Shown here: in pieces, positions 1 to 12,040 of the stretch | Numbering within the stretch: position 1 is the stretch's first letter | Layout of the letters: each line of letters begins with the position of its first letter | NCBI GenBank assembly: GCA_036172245.1 | Contig: JAYWIR010000015.1 | Location: 3,224,001-3,288,000, forward strand | Source of the DNA: Raillietiella orientalis | Lineage: Eukaryota | Length of the DNA: 64,000 bases | Reading direction: 5' to 3' | Made by a program: the position numbers and the translations under genes | Notes under the pieces: model-generated | The model's database searches: none | What the model saw: the letters and a program-made list of their open reading frames with translations, nothing else | Told to the model about the DNA's origin: nothing

Positions 1-2513
1 TGGGTACTCTATTCAAGCCAAAGGGATCTCGGGACGTTAGCTGGAGGAGGAGCGGGATCCCTGGATTCGTCCCGTGCTTGGAGGGAGGGGGAGAGGAGGG
101 TCGAGAGGCGTCTGCCCGGGAGTGTTTCCTTTCCTCCTCTTCCGGACGGTCGAGGAATTCCGTTCGAGAACTCCGATCACCGGCTCCTCCTCCTCCTCGC
201 GGAGGCGCCTTGTTCCAGGGGACCTCGAAGGATTAAGGAGAGCTGCCCAGAAAGAGGGGTGGAGGCTATTGTTGTCTCTCGCTCTCGATGGTCCCGTAAG
301 AGCCAGAGAACGGAGGTCCTACCGGGTTCTCCTCTGTCCCTGAGGGCGGCAGGTCGGGAGGTGCGAGGCTAGGGTGGAGGATTCCGGCCTCACTGTTTGA
401 GTCGAATTCCTCCCATCGCTTCCTCACTTCTTGCCTTCCGCCTGTGACTGGCCCCACTCCCATGTGCTCACTGAGGGCGCCTCTTCCTTCCCCCATTCCC
501 CCACAGGCACCTACACTGCGAATGGAACTCCTTGAGGTCAGTGGGGACCGCTCTCGGGTTCCAAGAGGGACGGAGGGGAAAAGGAGGAAGGGGGAGGTAC
601 CACGCCTGGCGATACCCCCCTCCTGTGGTTTCCCCCATTGGACTGGGCGTCCGAGCAAGGAAAAAAGGGGACGAAGATGAAGTAGAAGGACAGGAGGGGG
701 GATGAAGGGGATCGTCTTTCCAGGAAGGATGAGTGGAAGGAAGTCTGGAATATCCCTTTCCTTCTCATCCGGACAGAGGGCATATGCTGGCGGCTTCCCT
801 GGAGGAGGAGACAGGCAGGTGACCACGTTTCCGTAGGGCATCGTAGGTTCACCACCCCTCTGCTGGGAGATGGAGGCTCTTTGGAGGAGAAGGAAGCGTC
901 CAGAGGAGGGGGAGGGGAGTCGCATGCATGGTGGGGCGGAAATTAGTCTCAGAGGTGGTCGTTTCTTCCTCGTAGTGGCCATCAGGCGACGCCTCATTCT
1001 GGAGGAGAGCCGAAGGAGGGTGGACTGGGAGAATCACCCTCGACTCCGCGAAAGAAAGGGGAGGGAAGTGAAGGAGAGTCGGGAGGGAGTCATTAGTCTC
1101 GGAGCCGCTGGCTCTGTTCCGAGAGCCGCAGGAGGGAAGTCTTCCGTGTCGGGAAAAGTGGCGGGACGGAAGAAGCGAGGAGGCGGGCCCAGTGCCCGCC
1201 CCACTCGGCTTGCTGCACGAGGATACCCCTTGCGGAAGGAGAGCTAATTCCCTTCGTTTCTGGGAGTTCGGTCAGTCTTCTCCACAGGTACGGGTCAGGC
1301 TTTAGGACCCCTTCATTTGCTGTGACAAGCTGCAAGACTGTCCGCCCTATCCCTTGCCGCCCGCGTGGTCGAGAGGCGGGGAATGTCCCCAAGGGCATGC
1401 CGGTCACCCGTGGACGTCACCTTTGACCGTTCGGCCAAACGCGGTTCCTCGGCGAGCGCTGCCGAACGGCCCACCGCCTCAAGCTGATCGCTCAGGCGCT
1501 GCCTTTGGACGGACTCACGAAGAGCGAGATCTCTCAAGAACGCGTGACGTCATCCGAGGAGGAAGCGTCCGTGTGCGCGTGCTGCGCGCGGGCGGACGTC
1601 AGACTTCGAGCAGGAAACTCCTGGGTTGTTTTTTTGTTTTGGTGCTTTTCCGCTTTTGATTCGTCCCTCGGGGACGAAAGGGAAGCAAGGAAAAAACAAA
1701 AAGGGTAAAAAACAAAAACAAAATGGCGTCCAGGACCGCTTCCGGTGGCTCCCGTGGTTTCCATTTTATTGCGCGTTTTCGCTGCAAGGAGCGCGGGGAA
1801 CCCTTTGATGCCCCGCGCCTCCCGCGAGATCGGGGGCGACGCCTCGGTTGCGGGCGGTCGGGCGGTTTTCCCCTTCCTGACCCCTTCCCAGGCGCTACTG
1901 AAGGAAACTGTCCCCGTTCAGGGGAGCCCTTCTAAGACGCGCTGCCTGCCTGTCATCGTCATGGCGTCGGCGTCGGCGTCGGCGGCACGATCAAGCGCCC
2001 TGTCAATCTCCTGCGGAACGAACTCAGGGAAGACGGCGGCGACGGAGGGGAAAGCGAGCTGGGAGAATCGGGAGGGGCGAGGAGGGAGGAGAAGGACACT
2101 TCTCGCTCGCATGCCTTGCAGCCGCGAAACCGCGCTGGCGCGCAAGTGCGGCGGAGTAGGGCCAATGTCCCCGGGCCGAAGGGGGGAGAGAGCGACTGCC
2201 AATGTTTCCTCCTCCAAGAGAGGGAACGGGACTGAAAAGGGGCACTCGTCTGAGGACGGTGCCTCATCTTCCAGCCAAGAGATCGAAGCAACAGAAAGAT
2301 CCCGACAAGCGACGGGGCTCACTCAGTCCCTTCCTCCCGTCCTCCCCCCATTCTCCTCTCTGCGTGTCCTCCCTCTTCTTCCTCCTCCTGTTCTCTCCCG
2401 AGATGGCGGATGAAGGAGATGCCATTTCCTGTCCGGCTGCTGGGTTGGACTGCTGGAAGAACCTGCAGGACGTCGTAAGAGGGGGGCGGAGCGGGAGCTG
2501 TCTCTCTGTGCTG

Positions 2514-2942
2514 CTGCAGGCGCTCAGCCTCGGAGGCTGAGGTGCCACCGAGCGCTGCTGCGGGAGGGTCCCGGGAAGAGGTTGGGGAAGCGAATGAGCT
2601 GTCCCGTCTCTGGGAGAGCATCTCGAGCGACGAGCCCCGAGATCACGCTCACCTCGGAGAGGCTGCCGCTGTTCCCATCATAACGCCGAGTTCGTGTGGG
2701 TGTGAAGGAGAGTCGCAGGTGGCTGACGGGCGTCAATGCTTAAGGAGAAGAAGGGTTTCCCGTCCCGCTCCCGTCACTGGGTATCGTGCGCTTCACGGAG
2801 CCAAGCGCGGGCGAGGCAGGACGGAACGCTTGGAATAGATGGGGAGCGCATCTGAAGACGGGGGACGTCCTGTTGCCATTGGTGCCGTGGACCAGCGTTT
2901 ACGAGCTGCTGTTCCGGGTGGTCTCGTCTCGCTGGTGCTCCA
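2514..2942 (+). repeat. Diverged direct duplication, block 1 copy A (pairs with 8938-9162)
   Basis: Exact shared 22-mer CTGCAGGCGCTCAGCCTCGGAG and 20-mer GGGTGGTCTCGTCTCGCTGG with alignable sequence between. Copy A has about 190 extra bp (2648-2840). Confidence 0.9.
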
Positions 2943-4245
2943 AGAGAAGGTCGACGTGGCTGAGGTCACCTCCGCAGGGAGCAGCGGTACCAAGGCGGGC
3001 AGCTCCAGAGGGTCTCCTTGCACGGCGAACCTGGGAAGGGGGCCGCGCTATATGCCCGTCTCTCCCATTTCGTAAGGTGGAAGGTCAGGTTTTCCAGGTT
3101 CCTGGAGCTGATCTGGAGCCGTGACTTCCGAGAGGGACCTTAGTGTCGCCCTAGGGCCTCCGTAAAACGACTGCTGCTTCTTCCCCCTTCCTGCATCGAG
3201 ATGGAACTCTCCCGGGTCGGAAGATCCTGCTTACCAGAGCTGTATCCAGAAGCAACGACGCCGGTCTAGATGCTGCGCGTGTTCCCCTCTCCCGCCGATG
3301 TTCCTGGGCGAGATCTCGACGACGGCGACTCCCGCCGGCAATCGAAGCACTGCGGCTTTTCTCCGCGACGGAACTCTCTGAGATCCGTGGATATGGAGAG
3401 TCGCGGAGGTATGGCAACGTCGCTTTCCAGCGATGGCAGCGCTGTTAGCGATCCTGTCAGGAACGCTGGCAGCGCGTCACCACGGGCAACGGAGGAGGAG
3501 GAAGAGAGCGAGAGCATTGCCGCCGCATCGCCGTGTCATGAGGGTCTCGCGTGTGGACGGATGGCGACACCAGCACCGCCCCAGGTGCTCCCTCGCCGGA
3601 GTGTTGCAGGCGTTCCTTCTTCCTCTCGTCACGCCCTCTCACTCCCCGCTCTTCCCCCTCAGCTCTCCCCTTTCGTCCATATCCTCGTTGTATGGACGGA
3701 AGTACATGGACTGTGGTTGACCCCACTCATCCCCTGTGAATCCCCACGAAGAGTTCCCGCTGCCCGGCGAGAGCGGTAGTAGCCCGACGGCATTCGTGGG
3801 TGGCAGGGGTGTGGCCTCAGAGAAGACCTGACACAGGCAGGAACAAAGAAGGGAGAGTCGGATGGAGGAAGAAGCCCGATCCAGGGCTAAATTTTCTGTC
3901 GCTCGGATCCTTTTTCCTCAGCCCCACGTCCCGTGGACTCTCCATGCCAGGAGACGCGCCAGGGAACGTGAGCGGGCAAGCTTCACGTTCCTCCTTCCTT
4001 CTTTCAGCTCGAGGGGCAATTAGATGCACCCTCTTGCATCATTCCCTTCTTCCCTGTTCCTCATCCCCGTCCCTCATTCCTGCGTGCCTCGCGCGCGAGG
4101 CGGACGAGCGAAGCAACAATTACCAAGGAAAGCAAAATTTCCGTTGTCCTGCCTGTCGTTTCTCTTGTGCCGCACGATGCTCTCGCGGGAGAAGCGGGAG
4201 TAGAACGGGAGGAAGGAAGCGGCGCGATGGCGGGAACAAGTGTTC

Positions 4246-4269
4246 CCGGGGAATTCCCCGGATTTCCCC
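4246..4269. promoter_or_regulatory. Palindromic Rel/NF-kB-type site with abutting second kB-like site
   Basis: Perfect 16-bp palindrome CCGGGGAATTCCCCGG (4246-4261) overlapping GGATTTCCCC (4260-4269). Function untested. Confidence 0.4.
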
Positions 4270-4368
4270 CGTTCCTGTCACGGCGAGTAATGATCGCCGC
4301 GTTGTTGATTCCGATGACGTGCAGCGTTATGGACTGTGCATGTGTCGATGATGGCTGCGTCCGTTTCG

Positions 4369-4381
4369 GTTGCCTAGCAAC
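4369..4381. promoter_or_regulatory. RFX X-box motif
   Basis: GTTGCCTAGCAAC, canonical palindromic RFX consensus. Confidence 0.5.
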
Positions 4382-5189
4382 CCGGCTTCGAGCCCAACTG
4401 TCAGTCATAAAGATGATGGACAGCCGGCAATAAAAGGCAAGAGATTAAGGGAATCTTGGCATCTGGAAGATCATATATCATGACAACGGCCGTCGTTACG
4501 GGGAGGCACGATGGGAAATGGGTGGAAAAGGGAGATCCTTATAAGGTCAGCCGGGAACAAATGACGGGAGAGAGAGCTCCGAAGCGGGAGGGGAGGGGGA
4601 AGAGGGGAGCGGAGGAAGAGGAGCTCGGCAGCGGCGGCACTCTCTCTCCCTCCCTCCCTTTCCCCTCCCTTTTCCTTCCTTCCTCCTCCTTAGCTCCCCT
4701 CCTCCTCCTCTGGAGGACCGCGGGAGGGGGAGAGGGAAAGCGCGCGCGCGAGCGCCTCGTTGCCGCGACGACGGCAGTGGCGGCGGCGGCGACGAGCGAC
4801 GTGATGCGGCGGCGGGCAGTGAGTGATGGGGCGGGAGGGGGAGCTCTGAAAACGGGGAGAAATGGGGATCGATACGCTTCTGTGGCCGGCGCCGTGGGGG
4901 GATGAAGGAAAGAAAGGGGAATGAGGGGGTGGTCGGAGAAGAAGTGGAGGCGTCCTCCGCCAATCCATCCCGCTTGTGCCTGCGGCGACCCTCCTCTTCC
5001 GGGATGAGCTCAGCCCAGGACACCGAGAAGGCAGGCAGAAGGGAAAGGGGGAAGGGAGGAAGGCGGGAACGTGACATGAAGTGGGGGGAGAGAGGGAGAA
5101 GGAGGAAAGGAGAAGTGGGAAGAGAGAGGAAGGGGAAGCGGAAGATGAAGAAGAGGTCCTACTCTCCTTCTCCCTCCCCTGTCTCGAGC

Positions 5190-5640
5190 GACAACCGTCC
5201 ATCACCCCTCTTCCCGCTGCCTCACTCTGCAACCTCACCAGCTTGCATTTTCTGTGATCTTGAGAACGAGGGGAGGAGGGAAAGGAAGGGAAGGGAAGCG
5301 GGGGAGCATTTTCCTTACCCCCCTCACCCTTCCACTCCACATCAAGCCCCAGCCTATCGTCGCATGATCGTCCCCCTCCCTATCCCATTCGTAGGGGTCG
5401 AGAGCTCTTCCTGGGAGAGCAGAAGGAGGGCTCTATGTCTTCGAGAAGCCCCTGCAGAGCACTGTGAATTCTCCTGGCTCTGTTCTTCTTCCAGGGTCCG
5501 AGATGGCTGTCCCATTCCTCTTCCTCCTCCTGTCCAGTTCCCTTTCCTTCTCTTTCACTCTTCTTCGGTCGTAAGAGTTTGCCTCCCTCTTCCGTTCTCC
5601 CACTCCTTACGGAACTTGGGGGAAGAGACGGACAGGAAAA
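5190..5640 (+). repeat. Diverged direct duplication, block 2 copy A (pairs with ~11714-12040)
   Basis: Shared TTTTCTGTGATC, GGAAGCGGGGG, TTTTCCTTACCCC, CCTCCTCCTGTCCAG, CTCTTCCGTTCT in the same order. Both copies translate to GKENAPPLPFPSFP on the minus strand. Copy A has about 145 extra bp (~5355-5500). Confidence 0.88.
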
Positions 5641-7522
5641 AGGAGGGGAGATCAGGGAGGAGTGCGGACGCTCTGCTTCTCCCGTAGCCGTCTGTCTGCA
5701 GCTTCTCTGGGCTCCTCGCCGGGTGCCTCCTCATTGGTGGAGCGTCGTCAGTCCCCACACTGCCTTTGGGATCACCCGCCTCTTCCTCCTTGCTCTTCCC
5801 CTCTCGAAGAGGAAAGATGTGACGGTTTCTTCCCGTGTCCATGGGGACACTGCTCAGTGTTTGATTCCCCGGTTTGCCGGCTCTCCCAGGCGGGTGACTT
5901 GCGCAGCCTCCTTGGCAGAGTCGCGCCTCTCCCTGCGAGGAGTCTGCCCTCAGCGTAGTTCAGTGCGTGGACAGCTAGGAAAGATGCAAGGGGGAAGAGA
6001 GGTTGAGGTTGAGGGGAAACTGGTCCGGACCACTCTCCTTCTCGCTGAGTCTCGCTCTGGACACTTGTCCCCTGATCCCAATCAAAAAACGGTTCCTGCC
6101 CTTCCCCTTCTGCGGTCAGGGAGAGAGGAAAGGAGAGAAGTGAGCTGGATAGGATGAAGCACGTCCCGCGAAGTCGGTACGCTAGCCCAAGATGGGCTCA
6201 CCGACTCCGCGGGACACTCGCGACTTCAGGAGTTTGTCATATCCTCCCCATTTTCCAGAAATCCTTCCCCTTTCCCTTCTGAAGGGAGGGGGCCGAGAGA
6301 CCCTTCGCACTTTGGAAGCGAATAAGGGCCTCCCCTTTTGCCTTCGTTCCTGCTACGTCCGCGTGGACGGGGCTCTCGAGAGCGCAGACGAGAGGAATCA
6401 AAAAAGGAAGGGAGAAGAGGATTCAGGGAAAGGATAGAAGGAGGAGCTGCCGATCGTTATTGCACCCCGCGGGTGGTTGTGGGTGATCGTGGCCTCCGGA
6501 AGACCGGTGATCTCACCCTTTCCACCATCATCCCTTTCTTACTCCTTCCTCCAAAAGACGAAGACAGAGGAGCAAGCGTCTTCCTTCCTTCCTTCTTCCC
6601 GAGAGCTCCCTCTTTGCTCCTGGGAGAAGGGGAACCACCGACCCCTCCAACAAAGGGGTCCTAGGGCCGGGGAGTTATATATTTGGGGTGACACGTTTGA
6701 AAGGAGGGAGCCGCTCACCGGAACGGGCCGGGGTGCATTCCCGGCCATTTGTCTCCCTCCTTCAATCGGGCAGATGCGACGGGAACACAATGGGGCCGTC
6801 TCCCGCCCTCCCAGGGACATAAATTACCCCCTTTATCCCGCCTGCTTATTTATCGCTTTCCCGTAGCTCCCGCTCTTCCTCTATCCGTAGCTCCCTCTCT
6901 CCCTGGAGCACCCAGTGCGCGCGCAGCCGCGCGCACGTTCTCTTCGGGGAAGGGGACGAAGGGGAGAGAAGACTTCTGGATCCAAGGAGAGGAAGGAATG
7001 GGGTGGGGAGAAGAAAAAATGAAGGGGTTAGCTCTTGGCTCTGGGATCGTCACGCAGAGCCTCTTCCTTGAAGACTCCCTCGCCATCCGTCATCCGGTGA
7101 GAGCGGGCCTGGAAGGGAGCGGGAGAGGGAGTCGGCGATAGGCAAAGGAGCAACAGTGCTGCCGAGTCTCTTTCCGCTTCCTTCCCCCTCTGCGCCCATT
7201 CGCTCCCTTCCTTGCTCCCTCTGCTTCTTCCTGGCCGTATTGATCGCACCGGCCGCTGAGTGGGAACCATTCCGAACAGGGTAACAGCGGAAAGAGGAGC
7301 ACCTGGCGCTCCCTCCCCAACCCTCTCTCCCCCTCTTTAACCCATCCACCATCTCTTTCCAGTCTCTACACCTTCCCTTCGTCCCTTTGACCTCATCCAC
7401 TCGGGCAATTAGAAGTTGCAGGTAACCCACAGTCTTATGGGAATGGGAAAAGGTGAGAGGGGAATGGGAACGATGTGATCCCACCCAAAGGGAAGAGTCT
7501 CGTCTGCTGTAGATCCCAGTCC

Positions 7523-7561
<39 letters not shown>
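7523..7561 (+). repeat. (CTA)13 microsatellite
   Basis: Perfect trinucleotide run. Confidence 0.95.
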
Positions 7562-8937
7562 ATGGAATAAGGAAGTTCCAGAAAGGAAAGTCCCCGGGGA
7601 TGCTCTTGTAGCTCTCTGTTCGCGATCTCCCTCTTTAATGGGAAGGGCAGGTGGGGGCATAGGAGAGGACTTTTCATACCCCATTCCTCCGATGTCCCTC
7701 TGATCTCTCTCTCTCTTCTCAAAGTGCAGGACTGCACCACGCGTGCTTCCCACTCCCTCGGGATTGGTTCCAGGAACCTTTCGGGACCGTACGAAAAGAA
7801 GGAATGGGGGAAGGAGTTCTATCATCTTCCTTTATAAAAAGAAAGAGGTGGGAGAGGTCACTGTTTGAATGATTCCCAGTTGAGCGGGTCCCATCATGCT
7901 CGATCCATTCGGAAAAGAGGAAGATGCAGGGCTCTTCCTCTTTGCTCTCATCTGGAAGGGAACCCAAATCTGTAATCCTCTCTCCACGCACTCGTTCCCG
8001 GAGGAGGAGGTGGAAAAGACGAGGACAAGAAAGCAGGGACGGGAAGAATTCGGCTCCCAAGGAGACATCGTGGGGATGGGCCTGGATCAGTGAAAGCAAA
8101 GGGAGGGCAAGTACCTGGAGATCTGGGAAAGGACTCCTCCTCTCTGGGGAGGGGATGTTGGAAGAAAGTACAGCACATCGGAAGAGGGGGCGGGAAGGGA
8201 ATTTCTGGTGAGGGAAGAGGGGTCCTCGGTGAGCACCACCGACGGGAAACACCAGAGCTCATGGATGGAGCAGCGGCCGCCGTTCACGAGTCCTCTCGGC
8301 CAGTAGGTCGTATGTGAGGGAGAGAGAAAGTAGAGAGGAACGATGCCACTCTCTGAAGTCTTAAGCGCCTCTTTCTCCTGTCCACACTGTTGCGTAAGAG
8401 TGAGGTATGGACTTTGGTCCCCACCCAGCATACCCCTTCGCTTCCCTCGGGCAAAGCGCGGTGCGACTCCAAGACTGCCGGCGCACGAAGAGCAGGAAAT
8501 GGCCCACCTGGCCCACGCTCTCGGGACGGCGGAGCGGAACACCGGAAGAGACGGTGTCAGGAAGACGGAGCTCGATCGTTCCCTTTGCGCTCCCAGAGAC
8601 GGAACGAAAGAACAGCTTAGGGACCTCTCTCCCTGACTCGCTACCCTCCCACTCCACGTGTAAACGAGACCTTCTCACCTTCCGTTGGGGAGAGTGTCAC
8701 TGAGATGTCCTTTCCGGCACTACAGCTTGCGTGGCCCAAGCCAAGGGAAGGGAAATCGAAGAGAAATAGGAGGGCAACGAAAAGGATGCAAGAGGGAAGA
8801 GACTTTGGGGATCGAAGAGGGGGGGGAGAGACGAGGATTCAGGAAAAAGCGGCCCGCGACCAGGCGGCCTGTTCTCTGAGCGGAGGAAGAGAAGGCGACC
8901 ACCTTGCTCTGTAGCCGCCCAGTTCCTCGATGGACTT

Positions 8938-9162
8938 CTGCAGGCGCTCAGCCTCGGAGACTGAAGTGTCACCGAGCTCTGCTGTGAAAGAGTCCCGGGA
9001 GGCGGTTAGGAAAGCGAACGGGCTGCCCTGTAGGGAGAAGCATCTCGAGCAACAAGCCCCAAGATCGCGGGGAACGTATCTGAAGACGGGGATGTTCTGT
9101 TGCCAATGGTGCCAGCATTTGCAAGCTGCTCTGGGTGGTCTCGTCTCGCTGGGAATCTCCAG
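8938..9162 (+). repeat. Diverged direct duplication, block 1 copy B (pairs with 2514-2942)
   Basis: Same shared 22-mer and 20-mer as copy A; offset about 6.2-6.4 kb. Confidence 0.9.
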
Positions 9163-11713
9163 TTTGCGAGCAACGGAAGTGGCGAGACCGGGGAGTTGGA
9201 AGCCGCACCTCAAAGAAGACTCGAAGAGTCGGAAGGTCGAGAGAGGAAGATGCAAAACAGCCTGTAGACACAAGTCCGATCAGCAGCGACAGGAATCGCT
9301 TCAGTTGACTCGGAAGTGTTTCTTTCAGTCCTCGCGAGAAAGGGCAAACCAGAGAATGCAAAAGATGCAAGCGGAGAGGAGGAAATTTCTTGCTTCCTTT
9401 TCTCGTCTCGGTCCTTCCATGAGACCGACAACGACAGCGACGGCAGCGGTGCTTCTCGGAGGTGTCGATGCGGGAGAAGTGCCTCGCGCGCACGCGTGTT
9501 TGGTAGGTGTCGTCATGCAGTAACCGAGGGGAGGCGCCCCTCACGTTGGTGCCCTCGACCCCAATGCTTGGACTCTACACTCTGGGGAGTCGCTCGGAAG
9601 GACACGCGAATCATTCGTTTTCCCTCGTGGGCAATGGCATCCCTCTTCCTGGAGCAGGAAGACTTGCTCGTTCTCACGATCTCCAGATATCTGCCATCCT
9701 CATGTCCTTGTCGACGCCGAAGGGGTAGGAGGACTGGGAAGTATTTGGTCATCTTTTCAAGGTGAGTTGTTCCTTCGAGTTCTCTGGAAGCTTGAGAATC
9801 CGGAAGAACTCCCGGTGCAGAGATGCGGAGCTTGGGACGGGAAGAAGGCCACTCTGGGAAGACTTTTGGTTTTTGATGGGCAAAGGGACAGCCTCGTTGT
9901 CCGATCGCTTCCTTCGTGACGGGAGCATCGAAGAAAACAGAAAGTCGGGATCGTGCGAGCAAGCAGAAAGGAAAGAAAGGAACGGGAAGTTTCCAGGAAA
10001 CAGGAATCAGATGTGGGTATGAACCGGGCCCCTGTTACTAGAATACGGCCCTTACGATAGCGGTCTCGTTTTCCGGCTGCTCAACAACGGTGATTCTTTG
10101 CTCATGGACCATAAAAACGATCGGACCGATGACTCTTCGCCTCCATGGCAGCTGAATCATCCTCAGCACGAGCTGAGATACGTCTCGCTCTAAGCACTAA
10201 CACGAGTTCTCGGGAGTCACTTATCCAGGAGGAGGCCGGTTCCTGGTGATACTTCCGTTCCTGGAGAAACTAGATGCTTTCCTCCAACCATCGTTCTTTA
10301 GCCTGCATCTTTTGCATCCAGGGCTTACAACTCCTTGTCCCAGACCTTCTTCTTCTTCCCTTCTCTCCCCTCTTTCCTTGCTCCACTCTCTCCTTCCTCT
10401 TCTACCTTGTAATGCTCCCCGTCTTTTTATTCTGCCTCTTTGTCCTCTGCTTCTAATTCTACAGCCTCCTGAGTCCTCCTCTGCTCCATTCTCGTTGCCC
10501 TCCATCGTCATCACTGCTGCTCGGCATCTCTTAGAAAAAAAGGGAAGCTGGCCAGGACCGCCGGCCACGGGTTCGTGGAGGCCGGACGAACACGCTGGGA
10601 GCCACATCAATTTCCAGCGTGACCACGGAACGCACCGACTATGCTCACGGGGAAACGCTCGAGTTCTTGCCAGAAGCAGCGGTACTTCGGGTTTTCTGGT
10701 GTGGTGAACGATTCCGCCCGTTCGGTCATTTCTCCGGAAGAGGGGGGAGAAGAAGGGGAAGAAGTTATTCTCAGGACAGAAAACTGGGTAAGAAGCTACG
10801 TGGTGTCGACGAGGAAGACGCATGGGGGGGGGGGGGAAGGGGAGAGGAGGAGAATTGGAGGAAATGGAAGCCTCTAAGTTGAAAGTTCTTGGAGGAAGGG
10901 GAAAGAGAGGACCCTGAGGGAGCGGCGTCGGCTGCACGTCCCGACAAAGGAGGAGAGTCGGCGTCGGCTGCTGTCCTTCATCTCCTGCCGTGTTTACATT
11001 TCGTCAGGTCCAGCGCCCGGAGCACACGATTCCCGGGCTTTGTTTACGCAAACAGGAAAAGAACGACCCCCCTCCCCTCCCTTCCCCATGCCTCACGATT
11101 TTGTCGTCCTCGTCTCCCTAGTGACTGCTTCCCTTGAGAAAAGCGGCCTCAGGGCTTCCTTTCGCTCCACTCGTACCGGCGAGTGGAGCGAAAAGCTTGT
11201 CCGCGGCTCCTCCCTTGCAGCAAACACGCAGCTTCCTTCCTGCGATCCTGAAAGATGAGGCTCAAGCTTCCTCTCCGTTGCAAGCGATGAGGGAGGAAGG
11301 AGTTTGTTCCAGGACTGAATTGACAGCGAAAGACGTGGGACATGGTGAGTGACCGGAATGGCATCAAGGCGGTTTGGAAAGGGTCATCACGCGTAGCAGC
11401 GGCAAAAAGAGACGTCATGAGAGGGGGAGCGCTTCCGCTTCCGCTGCGCTCTAGCGCCCCGCCTCTCCCTTTTCCATGGCCGAGCTTCCCGAGGGAGTAT
11501 CTGGGAGAGACCACGAAAAGCAAAAGTGCCGAATGTTTTTTCCCCGGCCATCGTCTTGCCGTGGGTCTCCAAGCGACTTGCAGAAGCCACCCAACCTCAC
11601 CCGCGGGCATCCGTATCGATTCGTCCGTCGGAACCGCGCAAGCGCACCAGCCGGCAGCGGAAGCTTTTCGGGCCGTCCACGAATCCAGTAAGAGAAGAGG
11701 GGATGATACAAAG

Positions 11714-12040
11714 GACCCATGGTCCTGTTCCCCCCTGCCTTCCATTCTGCAGTCGTAACAGACTGAGTTTTCTGTGATCGTGGAGTCGAAGGGAGCAGGG
11801 AAAGGAGGGGAAAGGAAGCGGGGGCGCGTTTTCCTTACCCCTTAGCCTTCCACCCAGCATCGAACCCCATCCGATGACTGTCCCTCTCCTTCTCTTCCTC
11901 CTCCTCCTCCTCCTGTCCAGCTCTTCTCTTCTCCTTTGTTTCACTCTTCCTCAGTCCCGGCACACGTAAGCGTTCGCCTCCGTCCCTCTCTTCCGTTCTT
12001 CCACCCCTTACGAGAGGGGCAAGTGAGCAGACCAGAGGGA
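11714..12040 (+). repeat. Diverged direct duplication, block 2 copy B (pairs with ~5190-5640)
   Basis: Same ordered shared words as copy A; offset about 6.4-6.5 kb. Confidence 0.88.
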
